The notes under the pieces were generated by a model that made no database searches, had not been told where the DNA came from, and worked only from the letters and a program-made list of their open reading frames with translations. Both the position numbers and the translations under genes were made by a program. Shown here one piece after another: positions 49,048 through 58,430 of a DNA stretch of 64,000 nt. The stretch covers positions 8,535 through 72,534 of the forward strand of contig CAJKUC010000004.1 of the NCBI GenBank assembly GCA_905203015.1. The letters are read 5' to 3'. The DNA comes from an uncultured Christensenella sp. GTDB taxonomy: Bacteria > Bacillota > Clostridia > Christensenellales > Borkfalkiaceae. Within the stretch, counting starts at the first letter, position 1. The number at the start of each line of letters is the position of its first letter.

Positions 49048-50361
49048 ATGTTACAAACACTAATCAACGCGTTTAAGGTCAAGGATATCAGGGCGAAAGT
49101 ATGGAAGATGCTTTTGCTTCTTCTGATATTCCGTATCGGTTGCTATATTCCGATTCCCGGGCTGGACAGCACCGTGTTTTCGGAAAATATCAAGGGAAAC
49201 GATTTCCTGACTCTGATGAACAGCATCACGGGCGGATCGCTTGCCAACGGTACGTTCTTTGCTTTAGGTATCGGGCCTTACATTAACGCTTCCATTATCA
49301 TGCAACTTCTGTGCGTGGGGATTCCCGCGCTCGAACGCCTTTCCAAACAGGGCGAAGAAGGGCAGAAAAAGATTGCGCAGTACACAAGATATTGCACGAT
49401 TCTGCTTGCGGTGATTCAATCGATCGGTATTATCGTGAATTTCGCGAACGAATCGGGCGCGATCGAAAAACATCTGTTCTTCGACAGCATGTTCCTCGCG
49501 GGATTCTTCATGACCGTTGTGTATACGGCGGGCGCGTTCCTCGTGATGTGGCTGGGCGAACGTATCACCGATTACGGCGTGGGCAACGGTCAATCCATGA
49601 TCATCTTCGTGGGTATTCTTGCTACGGCGGGGCAGGCGATCATCGCTAAAATCGCGGATATTCCGAACGACTCCGACGCTATCTGGCAGTTGGTGGCATT
49701 CGTGATCGTGTGCGCGGTGGTATTCTTTGCCGTTGTGTACGTGGATCTTTCGGAAAGAAAAGTTCCCGTGCAGTATGCGAAGCAGATCAAGGGAAGAAAG
49801 ATGTACGGCGGTCAGTCGTCCGTCATTCCCATCCGTATTTCGGGCAGCGGCGTTATGCCTCTGATCTTCGCGTTCTCCATTCTTTCCTTCCCTCAGATGA
49901 TTTCCGGTTTGTTCTGGCCGAACGGCGGATTCTATAAGTGGTGGACGAAATGGATGACGGGTTCGTCTACGATCGCGGGCGGCAGAATTTTGTATTCGTT
50001 CGTGCTTTGCCTTCTGATCTTTGCGTTCTCGTTCTTCTATGCGCAGATGCAGTTCAATCCCGAAGACGTATCCAAGAGTATTCAGCAGAACGGCGGCTTC
50101 ATTCAGGGAATTCGTCCCGGAAAGGCCACGGAAAATTATCTGAAAAAGATCTCTAACCGCATCACTTTGTTCGGGGCGATTTATCTTTCGCTCGTGGCGT
50201 TTATTCCCGCCCTTGCTTTCGCGTGGGCAGATCCTACGGGCACGCTTGTCAACGTGTTCTCCACCACGGGTATTCTGATCGTCGTTTCCGTTGCCATGGA
50301 ATTTGAAAAACAATTGCAGGCGCAAATGATGATGAAGAATTACAAAGGATTTTTGAAGTAA
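49048..50361 (+). CDS. secY: preprotein translocase subunit SecY
   Basis: 437 aa, 10 transmembrane segments, conserved sequence. A 320-nt spacer with hairpins separates it from rplO. Confidence 0.97.
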   Translation: MLQTLINAFKVKDIRAKVWKMLLLLLIFRIGCYIPIPGLDSTVFSENIKGNDFLTLMNSITGGSLANGTFFALGIGPYINASIIMQLLCVGIPALERLSKQGEEGQKKIAQYTRYCTILLAVIQSIGIIVNFANESGAIEKHLFFDSMFLAGFFMTVVYTAGAFLVMWLGERITDYGVGNGQSMIIFVGILATAGQAIIAKIADIPNDSDAIWQLVAFVIVCAVVFFAVVYVDLSERKVPVQYAKQIKGRKMYGGQSSVIPIRISGSGVMPLIFAFSILSFPQMISGLFWPNGGFYKWWTKWMTGSSTIAGGRILYSFVLCLLIFAFSFFYAQMQFNPEDVSKSIQQNGGFIQGIRPGKATENYLKKISNRITLFGAIYLSLVAFIPALAFAWADPTGTLVNVFSTTGILIVVSVAMEFEKQLQAQMMMKNYKGFLK

Positions 50362-50440
50362 GATTTCATTATTCATGCTCTCCGCCGCTTTTTCGGAAAA
50401 ACGACGGAGAGAAGAAACGGAAAAAGACGGAGGCGAACGG

Positions 50441-51073
50441 ATGAATATTATATTACTCGGCGCACCGGGCGCGGGAAAGGGTACGCAGGCAACGCGTATT
50501 TCCGACCGCTTCGGCATGCCGCACATTTCCACGGGAGATATTTTCCGTGCGAATATCAAAAATCAGACGGAAATCGGTTTGCTTGCCAAATCGTATATCG
50601 ATAAAGGGCAGTTGGTTCCCGACGACGTCACCTGCAAGATCGTGGAAAACAGATTGCAGGAAGAAGATTGCCAAAACGGCTACCTTCTCGACGGATTTCC
50701 CCGTACGGTGAATCAGGCGGAAGCGCTTGAAAAATTCACGCATATCGACGCCGTTGTGAACATCAATATCGATTTCGCATTGTTGATGGCTCGCCTCTGC
50801 GGCAGAAGAGTATGCAGAAACTGCGGCGAAAGTTTTCACGTTTCCACGTTGAACGGCAAAACGACCTGCTCGCGTTGCGACGGCGAACTGTATCAGCGCG
50901 CCGACGACAACCCCGAAACGGTACAGAAGCGCCTCGACGTATATGAATCGCAGACCGCGCCGCTCATCGATTATTACACCCAAAAGGGTTTGATTTTAAA
51001 CTTCACGGGGACGGACGAACCGCCCGAAGTGCTGTTTGAGCAAATCGCGAACGTTTTGGAAAAATACAGATGA
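50441..51073 (+). CDS. adk: adenylate kinase (Zn-binding lid, CxxC...CxxC)
   Basis: 'MNIILLGAPGAGKGTQA' and lid cysteines CRNCG...CSRCDG. Confidence 0.97.
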   Translation: MNIILLGAPGAGKGTQATRISDRFGMPHISTGDIFRANIKNQTEIGLLAKSYIDKGQLVPDDVTCKIVENRLQEEDCQNGYLLDGFPRTVNQAEALEKFTHIDAVVNINIDFALLMARLCGRRVCRNCGESFHVSTLNGKTTCSRCDGELYQRADDNPETVQKRLDVYESQTAPLIDYYTQKGLILNFTGTDEPPEVLFEQIANVLEKYR

Positions 51074-51816
51074 TTATACAAAAAAGCGAAGCGGAAATCG
51101 ATCTGATGAGAGAGCCTGCGAAGATTGTGCGCGACACGCTCGCGTTCGTCGGCGACAGGATCAAAGCGGGAATGTCTACCAAAGAAGTGGACGAACTCGT
51201 TGAACGGTATATCCGTGCGGCGGGCGCGTATCCCTCCTGCCTCGGCTACGGCGGATTCCCCGCGTCGGCTTGCGTTTCTATCAACGAAGTGGTGGTGCAC
51301 GGGATTCCCGACGACAAGACGATTTTGAAAGACGGCGACATCGTGACGGTGGATCTGTGCGCATATAAAAACGGATTTCACGGCGACGCGGCGAGAACGT
51401 TTATGATCGGAGACGTTTCCGAAGAAAAACGCCTGCTCGTTAAACGTACGGAAGAATGTTTCTTTAAGGGAATCGAAAATCTTCGTGCGGGAACGCCTCT
51501 TTACGATATCGGTTATCGCGTGCAGAAATATGCGGAATCGTTCGGCTACGGCGTGATACGCGCGTATACCGGGCACGGCATCGGCAGGGAAATGCACGAA
51601 GATCCCGCCGTTCCGAATTACGGCAGACTCGGCACGGGGCCGCGCCTGAAAGCGGGAACAGTGCTTTGTATCGAGCCGATGATATCGCTGAAAAGTTATC
51701 ACGTAAGAATGCTCGACGACGACTGGGGCGCGGTGACGGTGGATTCGTCTCCCGCGGCGCACTACGAAAACGAAGTGGTAATCCGCGAGGACGGCGTGGA
51801 AATCCTCACTCTTTAA
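51070..51816 (+). CDS. map: type I methionine aminopeptidase
   Basis: Conserved sequence. Overlaps adk by 4 nt. Confidence 0.95.
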   Translation: MIIQKSEAEIDLMREPAKIVRDTLAFVGDRIKAGMSTKEVDELVERYIRAAGAYPSCLGYGGFPASACVSINEVVVHGIPDDKTILKDGDIVTVDLCAYKNGFHGDAARTFMIGDVSEEKRLLVKRTEECFFKGIENLRAGTPLYDIGYRVQKYAESFGYGVIRAYTGHGIGREMHEDPAVPNYGRLGTGPRLKAGTVLCIEPMISLKSYHVRMLDDDWGAVTVDSSPAAHYENEVVIREDGVEILTL

Positions 51817-51885
51817 AGCCTCTTTCGCGAGCGATACAAAACAAACAAGACGAATTAAGTGTAATTTCAATCGGAGGAAATTTTC

Positions 51886-52107
51886 GTGTCTAAAGACGAC
51901 GTAATCGAAGCGGAAGGCAAAGTGCTGGAAGCACTGCCCAACGCAACGTTCAAAGTACAACTTTCCAACGGTCACACCATTACGGCATACATTTCGGGAA
52001 AACTTCGCATGAACTACATCCGTATCATCGAAGGCGACACCGTGAAACTGGAAATGAGCCCGTACGATCTGACCAAGGGAAGAATCACCTGGCGCAGCAA
52101 ATCGTAA
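51886..52107 (+). CDS. infA: translation initiation factor IF-1
   Basis: GTG start. '[36 protein letters not shown]'. Confidence 0.95.
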   Translation: MSKDDVIEAEGKVLEALPNATFKVQLSNGHTITAYISGKLRMNYIRIIEGDTVKLEMSPYDLTKGRITWRSKS

Positions 52108-52212
52108 GAAATCGCGCGAAAGCGCAACGCCCCTGTTTCCGCCCGCGCGGCAGAATGCCGTGTGTGCCGGGAGAATAGGGCTGCCTCAAGAATAAACAAG
52201 GAGAAAAAAACT

Positions 52213-52329
52213 ATGAAAGTCAGACCTTCCGTAAAACCTATGTGCGATAAGTGCAAAGTTATCAAGAGAAACGGCAGAGTTATGGTGATCTGCTCCAAGA
52301 GCAAGAGCCACAAACAAAGACAGGGCTAA
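52213..52329 (+). CDS. rpmJ: 50S ribosomal protein L36 (Zn-binding form, 38 aa)
   Basis: Translated by hand: [38 protein letters not shown]. Confidence 0.9.
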   Translation: MKVRPSVKPMCDKCKVIKRNGRVMVICSKSKSHKQRQG

Positions 52330-52351
52330 ACCGCTTTCGGTGTGCGGAAGA

Positions 52352-52373
52352 ACGAAGAAAATCTTCGTTTTTC
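52352..52373 (+). terminator. rho-independent terminator after rpmJ
   Basis: acgaaga-aaa-tcttcgt followed by ttttt. Confidence 0.7.
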
Positions 52374-52407
52374 CCGCATAATACCCGAAAAAAGGCAGGT
52401 AAAACGC

Positions 52408-52437
52408 TTGACATACCTTCATTTTCCGTGATATAAT
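52408..52437 (+). promoter_or_regulatory. promoter of the rpsM-rpsK-rpsD-rpoA-rplQ operon, with a ~390-nt leader
   Basis: aaaacgcTTGACA, 17/18-nt spacer, TATAAT. Confidence 0.55.
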
Positions 52438-52831
52438 TATATGTACGGTTAAAAATAGGGTATTTTGCGCTTTACACTATGGAAAGCGGAAAAATTTCCC
52501 TGAAAAAGACTGAATTTTCGCCCGAAACGGGAGGAGATTCGGTTTTTGTCGCGTTTATCCGCGCGTATATACGTACAGTATGCCGCGAAAAGCCTTCGGC
52601 GAAAAAAATTTTTTATCCGCCGGCGCAAAGGATGCGGGCGATAGCGGAGGCTTCTGAAACGTTGTACGTTGAGGAAAGCGGCGGAACGACGGGAAAAACG
52701 GACAAAGAAAAACAAGCAGGAAAATAATACGGCGGAAAGCGAAGGCATTTTCCACTGCCCGAAGCGGTTTTGCCGTTGGCGATAAAAAAATACAAAAAAT
52801 CCAAAAAAATTTAACGGAGGATTCAGGACAA

Positions 52832-53200
52832 ATGGCACGTATTGCCGGTGTTGATTTACCCAGAGAAAAGAGAGTGGAAATCGGTTTGACCTACATTTAC
52901 GGGATCGGGCTTGCCACTTCCAAAAAGATTCTCGCGGAAACGGGCATCGATCCCGATAAGAGAGTGAAAGATCTCGACGAGAGCGACGTTTCCAAACTGA
53001 GAGAATATATCGATCACAACGTAAGAGTGGAAGGCGAACTTCGCAGCGAAGTTTCCCTGAACATCAAGCGACTGATGGAAATCGGTTGCTATCGCGGTAT
53101 CCGCCACAGAAAGGGTCTGCCCGTTCGCGGACAGAGCACGAAGAGAAACGCGCATACCCGTAAAGGACCTGCGCGCGCTATCGCGGGTAAGAAGAAATAA
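52832..53200 (+). CDS. rpsM: 30S ribosomal protein S13
   Basis: Conserved sequence. Confidence 0.97.
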   Translation: MARIAGVDLPREKRVEIGLTYIYGIGLATSKKILAETGIDPDKRVKDLDESDVSKLREYIDHNVRVEGELRSEVSLNIKRLMEIGCYRGIRHRKGLPVRGQSTKRNAHTRKGPARAIAGKKK

Positions 53201-53219
53201 TCACGGAGGAGAATAGATC

Positions 53220-53627
53220 ATGGCAGAAGTGAAGAACGCTAAAAAGGCTGGAACTCCTCGTAAGCGTAAGGAACTGAAAAAAGTAGACAAAGGACAGGTG
53301 CATATTCAATCCACCTTCAATAACACGCTGGTTACGATCACCGATATGAACGGAAACGCGATTTCGTGGTCCAGCGCGGGTTCGCTCGGCTACAAGGGCA
53401 GCAGAAAGGGTACGCCTTTCGCGGCTCAGATGGCGGCGGAAACTGCGGCGAAAGCGGCGAAAGAACACGGACTTCGCAGCGTAGAAGTGTATGTGAAAGG
53501 TCCCGGTGCGGGCAGAGAATCCGCGATCCGCGCGTTGGCGGCTTGCGATCTGGAAGTGACGCTCATTTCCGACGTTTCCCCGATCCCTCACAACGGATGC
53601 AGACCTCCGAAGCGTCGTAGAGTTTAA
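53220..53627 (+). CDS. rpsK: 30S ribosomal protein S11
   Basis: Conserved sequence. Confidence 0.97.
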   Translation: MAEVKNAKKAGTPRKRKELKKVDKGQVHIQSTFNNTLVTITDMNGNAISWSSAGSLGYKGSRKGTPFAAQMAAETAAKAAKEHGLRSVEVYVKGPGAGRESAIRALAACDLEVTLISDVSPIPHNGCRPPKRRRV

Positions 53628-53648
53628 TGTAAAGGCAGGAAGAAGATT

Positions 53649-54275
53649 ATGGCAACTTATAGAGAAGCAAAATGTAAACTGTGCAGAAGAGAGGGCGCGA
53701 AATTATTCCTTAAAGGGGATAAATGCTATATGGACAAGTGCCCGTTCAATAAACGTCCCGTTGCTCCCGGTCAGCACGGCGCAGACAGAAAGAAAGTTTC
53801 CGAATACGGGCTGCAACTTCGCGAAAAGCAGAAGACGAAGAGAATTTACGGCGTGCAGGAAGGTCAGTTCAGAAAATATTATGAAATGGCGGACCGCATG
53901 AAAGGCGTTACGGGCGAAAACATGCTTTCGCTCCTTGAAAGACGTCTGGATAACGTAGTGTTCAGAATGGGCGCGGCTCCTTCGAGAACGCTTGCAAGAC
54001 AACTTGTGAATCACGCGCATTTCTCCGTGAACGGCAAGACCGTGACGATCCCTTCCTACATCGTGAAGGCGGGCGACGTGGTGGCCGTGAAAGAGAACAG
54101 ACGTTCCAACAAGTATTTCACCGCTTTGAAAGAAACCAAATCGGGCGCGACGATGCCGAAATGGGTAGAATTCGATCGCGAAAAACTCGAAGGTAAAGTT
54201 TTGGCACTTCCCACGAGAGAAGATATCGACAGTCAGATCGCAGAACACATGATCGTCGAGTTGTACTCCAAGTAA
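53649..54275 (+). CDS. rpsD: 30S ribosomal protein S4
   Basis: Conserved sequence. Zn-type N-terminus CKLCRREG...C...C. Confidence 0.97.
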   Translation: MATYREAKCKLCRREGAKLFLKGDKCYMDKCPFNKRPVAPGQHGADRKKVSEYGLQLREKQKTKRIYGVQEGQFRKYYEMADRMKGVTGENMLSLLERRLDNVVFRMGAAPSRTLARQLVNHAHFSVNGKTVTIPSYIVKAGDVVAVKENRRSNKYFTALKETKSGATMPKWVEFDREKLEGKVLALPTREDIDSQIAEHMIVELYSK

Positions 54276-54301
54276 TCATTAAAATTTAAGGAGGTAATAT
54301 C

Positions 54302-55252
54302 ATGATCGAAATGGATATGCCTAAACTCGAAGTGCTGGAAAACGACGATTTCTATGCGAAAGTCGTTTGCGAGCCTTTGGAAAAGGGTTTCGGTCTTACA
54401 ATCGGCAACTGCCTCAGAAGAATTCTTCTCTCCGCATTGCCCGGCGCGGCGGTGGAAGGAATCAAATTTCTCGACGGCAGCGTAAAGCACGAGTTCTCCG
54501 CCGTAAAAGGAATTAAAGAGGACGTCACCGAGATAATTCTCAATCTGAAAACTCTTGCGCTGAAAACGAAAGTTACCGATAAAGACTACGAAAAAGTGCT
54601 CCATATCACGAAGGAAGGACCTGCCGTTCTGACGGGTGCGGATCTCAATGTGGATGCCGAAGTGGAAGTTATCAATAAAGATCAGTATATCTGCACGATC
54701 GACGAAGGCAGCAAATTCGACGTGGAGATCACGGTGGGCAGAGGCAGAGGCTATCGCCCCGCGAAAGAAAACAAGCAACCCGTCATCGATTATATCGCGA
54801 TCGATTCCATTTATACGCCCGTTCAGAAAGTGAATTACACCGTAGAACCTACCCGCGTAGGTCAGGCGGTGGACTATGACAAACTGACGCTGGAAGTGTG
54901 GACGGACGGAACGTTTTCGGGCAAGGAAATCATCTCTCTTGCGGCAAAGATTATGCAGGATCATATCGGTCTGTTCGTAAATCTGAGCGAAACGATCAAG
55001 GGAATGGATATCCTTGTGAAGACGGAAGACGATAAACAACAGCAGATTTTGAGAATGGTGATCGAAGACATGGATCTTTCCGTGCGTTCGTACAACTGCT
55101 TGAAACGCGCTAACATTCATACGGTAGAAGACCTGACCAAAAAGACTGAAGACGATATGCTGAAAGTGAGAAACCTCGGCAGAAAATCGCTCGACGAAGT
55201 CATCGCGAAATTGGAATCTTACGGTCTGTCATTAAGTAAACAGGAGGATTAA
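54302..55252 (+). CDS. rpoA: DNA-directed RNA polymerase alpha subunit
   Basis: 316 aa, conserved NTD and CTD, RBS aggagg. Confidence 0.97.
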   Translation: MIEMDMPKLEVLENDDFYAKVVCEPLEKGFGLTIGNCLRRILLSALPGAAVEGIKFLDGSVKHEFSAVKGIKEDVTEIILNLKTLALKTKVTDKDYEKVLHITKEGPAVLTGADLNVDAEVEVINKDQYICTIDEGSKFDVEITVGRGRGYRPAKENKQPVIDYIAIDSIYTPVQKVNYTVEPTRVGQAVDYDKLTLEVWTDGTFSGKEIISLAAKIMQDHIGLFVNLSETIKGMDILVKTEDDKQQQILRMVIEDMDLSVRSYNCLKRANIHTVEDLTKKTEDDMLKVRNLGRKSLDEVIAKLESYGLSLSKQED

Positions 55253-55256
55253 AAAA

Positions 55257-55763
55257 ATGCCCGGCAAATTGGGAAGAACGTCGAAAGAGAGAAACGCTCT
55301 TTTGAGAAATCAGGCGTCGCAACTGCTTTGGTACGGAAAAATCGAAACCACTGCGCCGAAAGCGAAAGAGTTGCAGTCTTACGTAGAAAAATTGATTACG
55401 AAAGCCGTGAATACCTACGACGATAACGTAGAGTTTGAAGTGGTGAAAAAGGACAAAAACGGCAAAGAAATCAAAGCGACCAACATCAAGGACGGCCCTA
55501 AGAAGTTGGCGGCTCGCCGCGCGATTATGGCGAAAACCTACGATCTTCAGGAGATCAAGGCTTTCAACGAAAAGAAGAGCGCGTTCAAAGAAAGAACGGC
55601 GGACATCAACCACCCGTTGATGGACAAACTTTTCAACGAAATCGCGCCGAAATATGCGGCGAGAAAAGAAGAAACCAAGCAAGGCGGCGGTTACACGAGA
55701 ATTTACCTTCTCGGCGCGCGTCGCGGCGACGGTGCGGAAACGGCGATCATCGAATTGGTGTAA
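55257..55763 (+). CDS. rplQ: 50S ribosomal protein L17 (K/A-rich C-terminal extension)
   Basis: Conserved N-terminus '[28 protein letters not shown]'. Confidence 0.95.
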   Translation: MPGKLGRTSKERNALLRNQASQLLWYGKIETTAPKAKELQSYVEKLITKAVNTYDDNVEFEVVKKDKNGKEIKATNIKDGPKKLAARRAIMAKTYDLQEIKAFNEKKSAFKERTADINHPLMDKLFNEIAPKYAARKEETKQGGGYTRIYLLGARRGDGAETAIIELV

Positions 55764-55789
55764 TCGTTTTCGGATAACAATCTGAATCA

Positions 55790-55836
55790 AATCCCGGGAT
55801 ATGAGCAAAAATCGGCTTGTGTTCCGGGATTTTTCT
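55790..55836 (+). terminator. rho-independent terminator after rplQ
   Basis: aatcccgg ... ccgggatt stem (long loop) followed by tttt. Confidence 0.5.
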
Positions 55837-56039
55837 ATAAAAAAGCGAGCCATAGCCGCGCGGCGAAGAAATCGGGAAAAAGATGATCGGGAAATTTCGG
55901 AATATAACGGAGAACTGTATTATAACATGGAAAAGGATTATGATGCGGAAAGGGCTTGCCCGAAGTGGGCAAAATTCGGCGCGGCGGGCACTATTATATG
56001 GGGACAGTAAAGGAATATTGGCGGAAAAAATATCAATAC

Positions 56040-56520
56040 GGGGCAACAAGGAAGATAAGAGTAACATAAAAGGGCAAAATGAGGAAAGGAAAATATGAGA
56101 TGAAGCGTATGGAGGCGGAACGAAGCGGGCGGGGCTTGCAGGAAAAGCGATGAAAAATTGAAAGAAGAAAAAGCGAAAACCGCGAGAGGCGTAATGGATG
56201 AAAGGCGCGAGAGAGTACAACGAGGGAAAGAGCGTAGAGGAGAGATGGGCGGAGAAAACGGAACAGAGAAAATTGGGGGCGAAAGGAGTGGGAAGAAGAA
56301 CGGGCGAAAGGGCGTAGAGGAAAGATGAGCGGAGAAAACGGAAAAAAAGGGAAAATGAGCAGAAAAAAAGGAAGGTAAAGAAAACAAACGAGGGGAGCAA
56401 GAAAACGGGAAGAGGGGGAGAAGAGCGGGAAAAAGGAAAAAAGTGAAGGAAAAGAAAAAGCGAAAAAGAGGAGCAAACGATAAGAAAAGAGCAAACAGGA
56501 GGCATGAGGGGGAAAACATT
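56040..56520 (+). repeat. ~480-bp homopurine (A/G ~90%) tract with an internal ~80-bp-period direct repeat; non-coding
   Basis: Spot counts: 3 and 6 pyrimidines per 60-nt line at 56401-56460 and 56341-56400. Repeat copies 56221-56263 and 56301-56343 are ~88% identical. Many GGAGG/ATGAG motifs. No + strand ORF >=60 aa. Confidence 0.8.
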
Positions 56521-56582
56521 ACGAAAAACGCCGGTATTTCGCGAGGGGAAAAAATGCCGTCTGGTCGGCAAAGGCGAAATTG

Positions 56583-56611
56583 TTGACAAGAAACGGAAAA
56601 AATGCTATACT
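56583..56611 (+). promoter_or_regulatory. sigma70 promoter of the MmcQ/YjbR gene
   Basis: TTGACA (56583-56588), 17-nt spacer, TGcTATACT (56606-56611). It lies inside the 56504 ORF-track extension, so translation probably starts at 56639. Confidence 0.55.
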
Positions 56612-56638
56612 CTGATCGGAAGCAAGGCTCGGAACAAG

Positions 56639-57325
56639 ATGAAAGACGATATTATCGCGAAAATTTTTAAAAACAGAACGGCGGAATACGATAAGTTGAC
56701 GGCGTACGGATTTTTTGAAGAGAACGACGCGTTTCTCTATCGGAAAAATTTGTGCGGCGAAGATATGACTTTAACGGTGAAAATTTGCCGCGACGGAACG
56801 ATCGACGCCGATATTTTCGACAACGAAGCGCAGGACTATTATACGCTGTTTTCCGTGCCCGACGCGGCGGGCGGATTCGTGGGGAAAATACGAGCGGAAT
56901 ACGAAAACGTATTGACGGATATTGCCGAAAAATGTTTTCGGCGGGAAGTGTTTAAAACTTCTTACGTAAAAGATCTGATCGGTTATGTGCGGGCTACCTA
57001 CGGAGACGAACCCGAATATCTATGGAAGAAATTTCCCGAAAACGCGATCTGGCGAAGAAAAGACAACCGGAAGTGGTACGGCGTGATTCTTACCGTTTCG
57101 CGGCGGAAACTTGGATTGGATTCGGAGGAAAAAGCGGAAATCGTGGATCTGAGAGTGCCGACGGAAGATATTGAAAAATATGTGGACGGAAAAAGCGTGT
57201 TTTACGGGTATCATATGAATAAAAAGCATTGGATTTCCGTTTTACCGCAAGATGATGAAGATCTGAAGAAAATCTGCAAGGCGATCGATATAAGTTATGC
57301 CCTTGCGGCGAAACCGAAAAAATAA
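56639..57325 (+). CDS. MmcQ/YjbR-family protein (predicted DNA-binding)
   Basis: C-terminus 'WYGVILTVSRRKLGLD...VFYGYHMNKKHWISV' matches the MmcQ/YjbR family. Start chosen downstream of the promoter. Confidence 0.65.
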   Translation: MKDDIIAKIFKNRTAEYDKLTAYGFFEENDAFLYRKNLCGEDMTLTVKICRDGTIDADIFDNEAQDYYTLFSVPDAAGGFVGKIRAEYENVLTDIAEKCFRREVFKTSYVKDLIGYVRATYGDEPEYLWKKFPENAIWRRKDNRKWYGVILTVSRRKLGLDSEEKAEIVDLRVPTEDIEKYVDGKSVFYGYHMNKKHWISVLPQDDEDLKKICKAIDISYALAAKPKK

Positions 57326-57719
57326 TCTGCCGAAACGGAAAAGTAATTAAAAAGCACCTGCCTGCCGAATCTTTGGCATTGTGCGGACAATCGCGGGGAC
57401 GGACGAACATCATGAGCCGTATAATAAATTGACAGGCGGAGAAAACAGTAAGAACTTTGTGTTTTACTTGTTGGAATGTGTCGTAGAAGCGGCGAGCGTT
57501 TTATGCGGGTGCGTGTAGATGCGAAGAAATGCCTTGTGGGAATATTATTTGTAGGGGGGGTGTGGAATTTTCATCCTATCGTATGTTTTACTTGACGGTC
57601 GTCGTTTATTTTCCGTATTACTAACAATCGGAATTGTCGTATTGTTCATCGGTTGTTCGATCTTATTTGAGAACGCTATACTTGGATAGCGATAAATACG
57701 GAAGAAGGAGAAGTTTTAT

Positions 57720-58346
57720 ATGAAATACAAACATGTAGTTTTCGATCTGGACGGCACGTTGCTCGATTCCGATCGTTCGTTGTTTCTTGCCTGGCGGGAT
57801 ACGTTCCGGCAATTCGGCAAATATTGCAGCGACGAAGAAATTTATGCTTCGTTCGGAAAAACGAGATGGGATATTTTCGGGATGTTCGGAGTGGATAAGC
57901 CTGACGAATTCTGGGAAGAGTGGAAGAAAAATTACAAACGGTTGTCCGCAGACGTCGGTTTCTTCGACGGCGTAAACGATTTGCTCGGCGAACTGAAAGA
58001 GCGCGGAATTAAGACAGGGTTGGTGACTTCGAGAGCGAGGGAGGAACTCGACGCTTATTTTTCCGATCTGCTGAAAGGCGTATTCGATTACGAGGTGTGC
58101 GCGGACGATACGAAGAAACACAAGCCCGATCCGGAGCCGTTGCTTTATTACGCCGCGCGGGCGGGGATCGAGCCGAAAGATTGCGTTTATATCGGCGATA
58201 TGCCGACGGACGTACGTTGCGCCAATGCGGCGGGGGCGGATTCGGCGATTATCGTATGGAAAAAAGAACGGGAAGAAGCGGCGCAACAAGCGGGAGCGAA
58301 ATATATCTTTCATTCGCTGAAAGAAATATCGGAAGCCGTGGAGTAA
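57720..58346 (+). CDS. HAD-superfamily hydrolase (PGP/PpaX-like)
   Basis: 'VVFDLDGTLLDSD' motif I, 'GLVTSRAR', 'YIGDMPTDVRCANAAG'. RBS aaggag. Confidence 0.85.
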   Translation: MKYKHVVFDLDGTLLDSDRSLFLAWRDTFRQFGKYCSDEEIYASFGKTRWDIFGMFGVDKPDEFWEEWKKNYKRLSADVGFFDGVNDLLGELKERGIKTGLVTSRAREELDAYFSDLLKGVFDYEVCADDTKKHKPDPEPLLYYAARAGIEPKDCVYIGDMPTDVRCANAAGADSAIIVWKKEREEAAQQAGAKYIFHSLKEISEAVE

Positions 58347-58430
58347 AAGGGAAGCGGAATAAAACATAAAGAAAAACGGCAGGCGAGAGCAATCGCGTGC
58401 CGTTTTATGCCGTTATAACGTGTTTTGTTT

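Noticed and set aside
49264-50559. 431-aa minus-strand ORF across secY-adk
   Set aside because: Antisense of secY and adk.
55747-56589. 280-aa minus-strand ORF (S/P/F/L-rich) across the purine tract
   Set aside because: It is the polypyrimidine complement read as low-complexity protein, it overlaps the 3' end of rplQ, and it has no RBS. It is an artefact of the composition skew.
56504-56638. N-terminal 45-codon extension of the MmcQ/YjbR ORF (track start 56504)
   Set aside because: The extension contains a consensus promoter (TTGACA-17-TGcTATACT at 56583-56611), and the AGGAGG before 56504 is only 1 nt from the ATG. Translation more plausibly starts at 56639.
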